This document shows positions 27,030-36,910 of a DNA stretch of 64,000 bases, piece after piece. This stretch comes from the human T2T-CHM13v2.0 reference genome, Homo sapiens. The stretch lies in assembly GCF_009914755.1 (NCBI RefSeq), contig NC_060925.1. One strand, given 5' to 3'. The first letter of the stretch is position 1, and each line of letters starts with the position of its first letter. The notes below the pieces were generated by a model, which made no database searches, was not told where the DNA came from, and worked only from the letters and a program-made list of their open reading frames with translations. Both the position numbers and the translations under genes were made by a program.

Positions 27030-28247
27030 ATGGAAATGATGTTAGACAAAAAGTGAATTCAGCAGTTTTCTTATTTGAATTCAAAATGGGTCATAAAGCA
27101 GTGAAGACAACTTGCAACATCAACAATACATTTGGCCCAGGAACTACTAATGAACCTACAGTATAGTGGTGGTTCAAGAAGTTTCATAAAGGAGACAGCC
27201 TTGAAGATAAGGAGCACAGTGGTCGGCCATTGAAGTTGACAACAACCAGTTGAGAGCAATCATCGAAGCAGATCCTCTGACAACTACACGAGAAGTTGCC
27301 GAAGAACTCATCGTTGACCATTTTATGATTGTTCGGCATTTGAAGCAAATTGGAAAGGTGAAAAAGCTTAATAAGTGGGTGTTAGGATCACCTAAGCAGA
27401 CCATTCCCTTCCCCTCCCACAGGCCTTACAATACAGTCTCTTGCGCTCTCCACACAGTCACCCCAGGGCAAAAGACAAACCCCCCACTTCACTGACCCCT
27501 CCACTAACTGTTTGTCCAGGCAGTTACAGGATGCCATTAACGTCTGTTCACCTCACATAACAAAGCTGGCAAAAAACATCTCCAGGATGCGGACAAGACA
27601 CTTGCATCCCCGAATCAGCTCCCCGACCCTGACCCAGTTCCTCATCCTATAAAGCCCTGCTGTAGTCTGTAAGTGTGGCTGCCTCCTCTGCTTTTGTCAG
27701 GAGGTAGCCCGGCAGGACTGACAATAAATTAGCTTGCCTGAACTTGGGTCTATTGGCCTCATTCCTTTCTTGGCTGTCCTTCCAATTATCCCTTACAGTG
27801 GGAGCCTCATGAGCTGAGCAAAAATTTTTTTAAAAAATTATCATTTTGAAGTGTTGTCTTCTCTTACCCTATGCAACAACAATGAACCATTTATCGATCA
27901 AATTGTGACATGCGACAAAAAATGTATTTTATATAACAACCATCAATGGCCAGCTTAGTGGCTGGACTGAGAAGAAGCGCCAAAGCACTCTAAGGCTGAA
28001 CAAATTGGGCTATGAAGTTTTGCCTCATCCACCATATTCATTTGCCCTTTTGCCAACGAACTACCACTTCTTCAAGCATCTCCATTACTTTTTGCAGGTA
28101 AAACACTTCCACAACCAGAAGGATGCAGAAAATGCTTTCCAAGAGTTCACTGAATCCCAGAGCATGGATTTTTATGCTACAGGAGTAAATAAACTTATTT
28201 CTCATTGGCAAAAATGTGTTGATTGTAATAGTTCCTATTTTGATTAA
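27030..28247 (+). pseudogene. Hsmar1 transposase pseudogene (stop at codon 9, LTR insertion, internal deletion at ~27990)
   Basis: MEMMLDKK* at 27030; LRAIIEADPLTTTREVAEEL; KW/(V>E)PHEL; IVTCD; GYEVLPHPPYS...WQKCVDCNSSYFD*. Confidence 0.93.
27380..27797 (+). mobile_element. Solo retroviral LTR (418 bp, family not assigned; 5-bp TSD suggests ERVL class)
   Basis: Begins TG, ends CA; perfect TSD gtggg at 27375-27379 and 27798-27802; TATAAA 27648-27653; AATAAA 27723-27728. Confidence 0.88.
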
Positions 28248-28519
28248 TAAAGACGTGTTTGAGCCTAGTTATAATGATTTAAAATTCATGGTCTGAAACC
28301 ACAATTGCTTTTGTACCAATCTAATATTTGTTATGAATAATCAAAATTTTAACTCTGAGAAACAAATATAATTTATTATAAAATTTAATCAAGGAGAAGA
28401 CTTTGTTTCATTGTTAACACAAAAATATATTTATTATATAAAGAAGAAAAAATATACTCAAAAAATTGGGGTCTATTAAGTTTGATTTATGTACACTTGT
28501 TAATAATTAGAATTATAAT

Positions 28520-28597
28520 CACTAACACTTACTGAGCATGACTGTGTTCCAGGCACTGCTCTAACTGCTTTATGAGGCTTATTTAATCTTCATGATA
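28520..28597 (-). mobile_element. MIR, left piece (split by L1M insertion)
   Basis: aacacttactgagcatgactgtgttccaggcactgctctaactgcttta...atttaatcttca. Confidence 0.8.
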
Positions 28598-31202
28598 GAA
28601 AGTGTAACAAGGTGGCAGAATGGGAGCCTACACCCTTCATCCCAGCTGCAGGAACAGCAAATTTTAACAACTATCTACACACAGGAAAGCACTTTCGAAA
28701 GAACCAAAAATTAGCTGAGCAATCAGAGTGTTGGTTTTAAATTCACATCACTGAAAGAGGCATTGAAGAGTGTCAGAGAGACAGCTGGATTCCTTGACAG
28801 AACCCCTCCTCTCCTGGAGGAGAGGTAAAGAGAGGTAAAGAGAGTCTGTGTACTTGAGGGAGGGAGAGTGCAGCAACTTGGGAAGTTTACATTGAACTCA
28901 GTGCTGCCCTGTGATAGTGGAGAGCAAAGCCACACTGGGCTCAGTCAGCACCCCTGGAGCATTTGGACCAGCCCTACCTAGAGGGGAATTGCCCATCAGT
29001 GGTGGGAACTTGAGTTTCTCAGCAAGCCTCACCGCCATTGGCCAAAGTGATCCTGGGTAAACTTGAAAGGCAGTCGAGGACACAAGGACTGCAATTCCCT
29101 GGCAACACCTAGTGCTGGGCTGGGCTGAGAGCCAGAGAACTAGGGTGGCGTGTGACTTAGGGAGACACAAGCCAGGGCAGCTAAGGGAGTGCTTGCACTA
29201 CCCTTCCCCCAACCCCAGGCAGTGCAGCTTACAGCAACAAAATTACCTCCTTCCTTTTGCTTAAGGAGAGGAGAGTAAAGAGCAAAGAGGACCTTGTCTT
29301 GCATCTTGAATATTAGCTCAGCCACAGTAGAATACAGCACCTAGCACAGTCACAAGGCCCCCATTCCAGGTCATAGCTCACAGACAACATTTCTAGACAC
29401 ACTTTTGGCCAAAAGGGAACCCACAGCCTTGAAGGGAAGGACCCAGTCCTGGCAGGATTTATCGCTTGCTGACTAAAGAGCTCTTGGGCCCTGAATAACC
29501 AGCAGCAAACCCAGGTAGTATGCCATACGCCTTGGGCTCCAGATGTGCTGACTTCAGGTATAACCCAGCACATTCCCAGCTGTGCTGGATACAGTGAAAG
29601 ACTGTTTGAGAAAAGCAGAGGAAAAACAAAGAGGACTTTGTCTTACACGTTGGGGACCAGCTCGACCATAGGGAGGTAAAGTAAAAAGTAGGCTCTTGCA
29701 GTCCCCAAGTCTAGGCCTAGGTTGTTGTACAGCATTTATGGACCTGGCCTGGGCCAGAGGGGAACCCACTGCACTGAAGGGTGAGTCTCAGGCCTGGCAG
29801 CATTCACCACAAGCTGATGGAAGAGCACTCAGGCTTTAAGTGAACCTCAGCAGTGGCCTGGCTGAACTCCCCATGGGCAGCGGTGGTGGCCACTTGAAGA
29901 GGCTCCTCTGCCTGTGGAAAGAGGAGGGGGGAGTGGGTAGAACTTTGTGTTTGGTTTGTGTGCCAGCTTAGCCACAGTAGAATAGAATATCAAACAAATT
30001 ACTAAGGTTTTTGACTCCAATCCCTGGATCCCAGACAGCATATTTAGACCCACCCAGGGTCTGGGAGAACTCACTGCCCTGAAAGGAGGGATACAAGCTT
30101 GGCTGGCTATATCATCTGTTGAGTATAGATCCCTAGGGTGTTGAGTGAATATCAGTGGTAGCTAGGTAGTGGTTCCAGTTGGCCTTGGGCAAGACCCAGT
30201 ACTGTGCTGGCTTCAGGTCTGACCCAGAACAGTCCCAGTGCTGGTGACTGCAGGAGTGATTACATCATCACACCCCCAGTTCCAGGTGGCTCAGCACAGA
30301 GAAAGTCTCCATGAAAGTAAGGGAAAAGAATAAGAGTCTCCCAGGTAATCTAAAGAATTCTTCTGGATCTTACCCAAGGCCACCAAGGCAGTACCTCTAT
30401 GAATCTACATAAACCACAGCTTAGGGCCCAAGTCCCTTCAAATATCTGCAAAGTCTTCTCAAGAAAGACAGGCACAAACAAGCCCAGACTGCAAAGTTTA
30501 TAATACTTAACTCTTAAATGCCCAGACACCAGTGAACTTCCATAAGAACCAAGATCATTCAGGAAAACAGGACCTCACCAAACAAATTAAACAAGACACC
30601 AGGGACCAATCCTGGAAAACTGAAGAAGTATGACCTTTCAGACAGAGAATTCAAAATAGGGATTTTGAGGAAACTTAAAGAAATTCAAAGTAACACAGAT
30701 AAGGAATTCCAAATTTTATCAGACAAATTCAACAAGAAGGTTAAAATTATAAAACTTAAGCAGAAATTCTGGAGTTGAAAACTGCAATTGAAATGCTAAA
30801 GAATGAGTCAAAGTCTCATACTAGCAGAATGGATCAAGCAGAAGAAAGAATTAGTGAGGCTATTTGAAAATGCACAGTCAGAGGAAAGAAAAGAAAAAAG
30901 AATAAAAGAGAATGAAGCATACCCACAGGATCTAGAAAATGGCCTCAAAAGGGCAAATGTAAGAGTTATTGGGCTTAAAGATGATGTAGAGAAAGAGACA
31001 GGTGTAGAAAGTTTATTCAAAGGGATAATAACAGAGAATTTTCCAAACCTAGAGAAAGACATCAATATCCATGTATAAGAAGGTTATGGAACACCAAGCA
31101 GACTTAGCCCAAAGAAGCCTACCTCAAGACATTTAATAATCAGACTCCCAGAGGTCAAGGATAAAGAAATGATTCTAAATGAAGCAAGGGAAAAGAAACA
31201 AA
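28598..31202 (+). mobile_element. L1M1/L1MA-type 5'UTR plus partial ORF1, 3'-truncated, TSD-flanked
   Basis: Starts caaggtggcagaatgggag; long 5'UTR; ORF1 from ~30518 (LKRANVRVIGL, ENFPNLEKDINI); stops at gggaaaagaaacaaa; TSD taatcttca(tg/ca)ata at 28584-28597 and 31203-31216. Confidence 0.88.
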
Positions 31203-31372
31203 TAATCTTCACAATAATCCTGTGAGGCAAATACTATTATCTTCATTTTACAGAAGAGAAAAAATTTAGTAAAAAGAAAATTTAATAATTTTGCCTAAGG
31301 TCAAACAACTAGCAAGTGGTAAAGTGAAGATTTGAACCCAAGGGGTATAGTGTCAGGGTCTGTGCTCCTAAA
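31203..31372 (-). mobile_element. MIR, right piece
   Basis: taatcttcacaataatcctgtgaggcaaatactattatcttcattttacagaagagaaa...ttgcctaaggtcaaacaactagcaagtgg...gatttgaaccca. Confidence 0.85.
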
Positions 31373-31558
31373 AAAGCAAACAAAACACCAATTAGAGAAT
31401 TAACTGGACAAAATGGGAGTGATTCAATAGGAAGGTGAGAGGGAAGTGATATGGTGCTATGGCTCCTAGACAGCAGTCTCTAGCTATTGGTACCACATAT
31501 AAAATCTTAAGAACCAATACACAATTACTCTATTCATCAACTTAACAGAGTTAGCATT

Positions 31559-33875
31559 TGTATTAGTCCATTCTCACACTGCTATGAAGAAATACCCAAA
31601 ACTGGATACTTTATAAAGGAAAGAAGTTTAATTGATTCACAGTTCTACATTACTGAGGAGGTCTCAGGAAACTTACAATAATGGTGGAAGGCAAAGGAGA
31701 AGCAGGCACCTTCTTCACAGGGAAGCAGGACAGAGTGAGTGCAAGCAGGAGAAATGCCAGATGCTTATAAAACCATCTGATATCATCAGAACTCATTCAC
31801 TTTCACAAAAACAGCATGGGGAAAACCACCCCCATGATTCAATTACCTCCACCCGGCCCTGCCCTTGACACATGAGGATTATGGGGATTACAATTCAAGG
31901 TAAGATTTGGGCAGGGACACAGAGACAAACCATATCATTTTATGCCTGGCCCCTCTCAAATCTCACATCCTCACATTTCAAAACACAAACATGCCCTTCC
32001 AACAGTCCCCCAAAGTCTTAACTCATTCCACCATTAACCCAAAAGTCCAAGTCCAAAGTCTTACCTGAAACAAGGCAAGTCCCTTCTGCCTCTGAGCCTG
32101 TAAAATCAAAAGAAATTTAGTTACTTCCTAGATACAACTGGGGTACAGTCACTGAGTAAATACACCCATTCTAAATGGGAAAAATTGGCCAAAACAAAGG
32201 TGCTGTTAGCCCCATGGAAGTCTGAAATCCAATAGGGCAGTCATTAAACCTTGAAGTTCCAAAATGATCTCCTTTGACTCCATGTCTCAAATCCAGGTCA
32301 TACTGATGCAAGAAGTGGGCTCCCATGGCCTTGGGCAGCTCTGCCCCTGTGCCTTTACAGGGTACAGCTCCCCTTCCAAGTGCTTTCACAGGCTGATATT
32401 GAGTCTGGCTTTACCAGGCACATGGTGCAAGCTGACAGCAGATCTACCATTCTGGGGTCTGGAAGATGGTGGCCCTCTTCTCACAGCTCCACTAGGCAGT
32501 GTCCCAGTGGGGACTCTGTGTAGGGGCTCTGACCCCACATTTCCCTTCCTCACTGCCCGAGCAGAGGTTCCCCATCAGGGCTCTGCCCCTACAGCTAACT
32601 TTTGCATGGACATCCAGGTGTTTTCATACATCCTCTGAAATCTAGGTGGAGGTTTTCAAACTTCAATTCTTGACTTCTGTGCACCCATAGGCTCAACAGC
32701 ACTTGGCAGCCTCAAAGGTTTGGAGCTTGCATCTTCTGAAGCAATGGCCTGAGCTGAACCTTTGCCCCTTTTAGCCATGGCTGAAGCTGAAGCAGCCTGG
32801 ATACAAGACACCATGTCTGAGGCTGCACAAAGCAGGAAGGCCCTGGACCTGGCCCACAAAACCATTTTTTCCTCCTAGGCCTCACAACCTATGATGGGGG
32901 GGGGCTGCCATGAAGGTTTCTGACATACCCTGGAGGCATTTTCCCCATTGCCTCAGTGATTAACATTCTGCTCCTTGTTACTTATACAAATTTCTGCAGC
33001 AGGTTTAGAGTGACATTGCTTATTCCCTAAGAATTTCTCCCCAGAAAATGGGTTTTTCTTTTCTATTGCATTATCAGGCTTCAAATTTTCCAAACTTTTA
33101 TGCTCTGCTTCCTCTTGAATGATTTGCTACTTAGAAATTTATTCTGCCAGATACCCTAAATTATGTCTCTCAAGTTCAAAGTTCCACAGATCTCTAGGGC
33201 AGGGGCAAAATGCTCCCAGTCTTTTACTAATGGAGAGCAGGAGTCACCTTTATTCCAGTTCCCCACAAGTTCCTCATCTCTATGACACCACCTCAGCCTG
33301 GGCCTCACTATCTATATTGCTATCAGCATTTTGTTCAAAGCTATTCAATAAGTCTCTAGGAAGTTCAAAACTTTCCCACATCTTCCCATCTTCTGCACCC
33401 TCCAAACTGTTCCAACCTCTGACTGTTTCCCAATTCCAAAGTTGCTTTCACATTTTTGGTTATCTTTACAGCAGCACCCAATTCCTGGTACCAATTTACT
33501 GTATTAGTTCATCTTGCACTGCTATGAAGAAATACCCAAGACTGGGTAATTTATAAAGGAAAGAGGTTTAATTGACTCACAGTTCCGTGTTGATGAGGAA
33601 GCCTCAGGAAACTTACAATCATAGCAGAAGGCAAAGAGAAAAAGGCACCTTCTTCATAGAGTGGCAGCATGAAATGAGTGCAAGCAGGAGAAATGCCAGA
33701 CACTTATAAAACCATCAGATCTCATGAGACTCACTCATTATCACAAGAAAAGCACGTGGGAAACCACCCTCATGATTCAATTACCTCTACCTGGTCCCGC
33801 CCTTGACACATGGTGATTATGGAGATTACAATTCAAGGTGAGATTTGAGTGGGGACACAGAGAAAAACCATGTCA
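31559..33875 (-). mobile_element. Complete THE1 (THE1C/D-like) MaLR provirus: LTRs 31559-31937 and 33500-33875, internal region between
   Basis: Two ~377-bp direct repeats tgtattagt...accat(a/g)tca; THE1-int sequence; perfect TSD gcatt at 31554-31558 and 33876-33880. Confidence 0.95.
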
Positions 33876-36689
33876 GCATTTGAATACTATTCAGCTATAA
33901 TGCCAATCTTAAAAAAAAAAAAGTAAATGTATAATACTTTTAAATGGCTGATATTTCTTTCACTACATAAAAATTTACCACCACTGCTCATTTGTAGGAT
34001 TCATGACATACCAATTGGGAAACCTAGGATAAGGCACTTTTCTTGCAGTGGTATTTCCATAGCAAGCACTATTATAAATTTTTTTAATTATTTTTTCATT
34101 TTTGTTTAAAATTCTGATGGAGATTATGGGGTAGTGGGGTTTAACCCCTATTCCACAGCCACTAACTAGTACACATTTAAAGAAGTGAAAACGATTGGAA
34201 AAAAAGGAAAATGTCTAAAAGTTCCACATTTTAGCTTGTTGGGTCATGTTGATTTCATTTTCTCCTCAATCCCTATAGTGCTTTTTTGAACACTTAATCA
34301 TGTATACTGATATTAGATATTTAGTGGCCTCATGATCAATTTGGTGTCACAAACCAGATTATAAAATCCTGAGAGAGTCCTTTACATTTCTCTCATAGCC
34401 CACCATTTCTTTATCTAGTCTATTTCCACCACCTTGATACCAAGACCTTCTCTTCTACTACTGGAGCTCCATGAAAGTCACCCATAATCCCTACACCAGC
34501 CACACCACCCTGCACTCCTTCCAACTCTCCCCAAAATATGTGCCACTGCCTTAGAGAATCTGTCTGTGGTCCTAGAATAATTAACATGGAAGAAGGAGGC
34601 AGGGATCATTTACCTTTGAGAGTTAAAGGAGATTGTTTTGATTACTTGGGGAATAAGCAATGTCACTCTCTCAGCCTGCCTCAGAGAGAGAAAAGGACAA
34701 AAATATTTTAAAATATATTAAAACATAGTCAACCATTACATATTACCCTTCTGTTTCCACCAAAATTTACACACCAGAGTGGCTTTCTCTCAGAAGAAGG
34801 TCAGAAAGCTGAGATGATCAAAGTAGTTGCTGGAAATAAGAGGGAATGGAAAGTCAGGAAAAGAGGCAGAGCTTTCTAGATCTGGGGAGAGAAGAAGAAT
34901 TCCCAAGTAGAGTGGGCAGCCTGGAAGGTCCAAATATCTTTTATCTTTTTGGTCAGTTATTTTTTTTACCCTAATTCTTAGTAAATATTAATTTTATGTG
35001 TTATTACTGTTAAACGTCCCCCCGCCCCCTACCTTTTTAACACCCATCCTTAAGAGAAGTTTTTGAAGAAATAACTTTTAAACTAGGACTCTAAAGTAGA
35101 ATATTATACAGACAGAAAAAAAAAGATGGAGAAGGGCAAAGGTAAAAAGAAAAAAACAAAATAAAAGTAGAACATTTCAGACTGAAAGGGAAATGTACTT
35201 TTAAAGGCCTAGAGGCAAGTAAGAGTTTAGCTTTAAAGAAAAGAAAAAATAGTACAAGGTAATGCTTTGCTAAGAGGTCATAGAGGATAAACCTGAGAAC
35301 GAGTTATTAGGCTTGAGGTTGGAAGAAAATGCGCAAAGTGGTAGGATATTTAAGACTCATTATAAAAATAGAGGTCCAAATTCATCAACCTTTGTAGTCA
35401 GCATATTAGATAGTTGACTTTGACCAGATTTTCCAAAAAATAAAAGCGAAACAAGAAATGTTTACATAATTAAGTAACCTTTGCTAAGTATCATCTAGTT
35501 TACATTGCACTAGCACAATTCAAAAGCAAAATTAATAACATGGCTACTCAGTGCTATTTCCCAGCTTATGGAGACAGTTTGTGGTATTTAATTATTGACT
35601 ATGTTTTAATACTTAGCCAAAGGAAAAACAATAGCCTATAAAGTATCTCTCAGAAGGCACATCACTTCAGGAGGTGTGTGGCCCTATCAGGGAGAAGGAA
35701 AATGAAAAGCATAAGAATGATTGAGAAGCATAATGTGGTGTTTAGGGAAAAAAGAATATAAGGAGATGCAGTTTCCAGAATAATAAAGACACCCCTGGGG
35801 AGTGAATCATTTAGCACAAATGATATGTCAATCATCAGGGTTCTCATAAACATCATTCGCATCCCCACTTTTAATTTATAATTCCTCTACTGGTAGCTAT
35901 AAGACCCTATCACATGATTTTTTGAGTATCAGCTAGTAAAGGTGATACAGAAAAAGATAGCATATGTAATCATCATCTGGGCGGTACTGTCAAAATATAA
36001 TTGACAATAAGTTAAAAAATACAATGAGTGGGTGGAAAGGTAGAATGGGACTTCTTATTGTAATGTGAAAAGGGCTTTTTATAAGAGACAGGAAATCTCC
36101 TGCATAATTGTGAAGCTAAAAGCTGTTCACATTGTATTACTGAAGTAACAAATCATCCCAGTTTTGGAAAAAATATATATATATATGTATATGTGTTTTT
36201 CCACTCTCTTCCTCAACTCTGAACAACTTTGCCTAAAAAACAAATGCTCTCTTGAAAACTGATAGTAACTTGTGAGTCACATTCTAATACTTCTTAAACC
36301 ATATTTTGAGAGGGTAAACTTTTACCTTCCTCAATTTATAACTTATAAAGTATTATTTTTATATTAGCAATTTTATCAAGTAAATCTAACTAGAGCCTTA
36401 ATTAACAAAGTTATGGATAGTGATATGTAATGAAATGAGTCACTTTTCAAATTTAAAATAACTCTTTACCAAAAGTGTTGTTTTTATTGACAGTACCCAT
36501 GGCTACATAATAGTGTATTTTTGAGGGTATGGCCTTCCTTAAGGTCTACAGAGTATAAAAGACAATTTATTTGTGCAATAGTTCTTCTCACCCTAAAGTG
36601 AAATTAATGAAGAGACACTGCATTTGGTATTTCCTAGAATTCATTTCAAAGAAACTTTTACTTAGTGCTTGCAAGAAATGAACCTTTAT

Positions 36690-36910
36690 GCAATGTATAG
36701 GATAATGCAAAGGTGAGTACAATTTGATCTCTGCCCTAATATTTCACAAACCAGAAGGGGAGCTAAGAGACACTGACATAACAGCAATATAAATAAAATG
36801 CAAGAATTGCTAAAAAAAAAGTATAAAAAATTGTTAAGGGAACATAGAGGAAATAGAGATTAATGGCTGCTAACCTCAGAAGAAGTTGATATCAAGCCTA
36901 ATTAAAAAGA
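36690..36910 (-). mobile_element. L2 fragment
   Basis: tgatctctgccct...aagggaacatagaggaaatagagattaat resembles reverse L2c. Confidence 0.4.

Larger units (their letters stand above)
26849..28324 (+). mobile_element. Hsmar1 (HSMAR1) mariner DNA transposon, dead copy
   Basis: TA flanks at 26847-26848 and 28325-28326; decayed 30-bp TIRs (ttaggtgagtgtaaatgtagtcgtggtttt / gaaaccacaattgcttttgtaccaatctaa); transposase remnants inside. Confidence 0.96.

Noticed and set aside
26849-28324. Possible SETMAR gene
   Set aside because: No SET-domain exon; transposase has an early stop, an LTR insertion and a deletion.
32171-33556. ORFs up to 145 aa
   Set aside because: Lie within THE1 internal sequence; no host-gene context.
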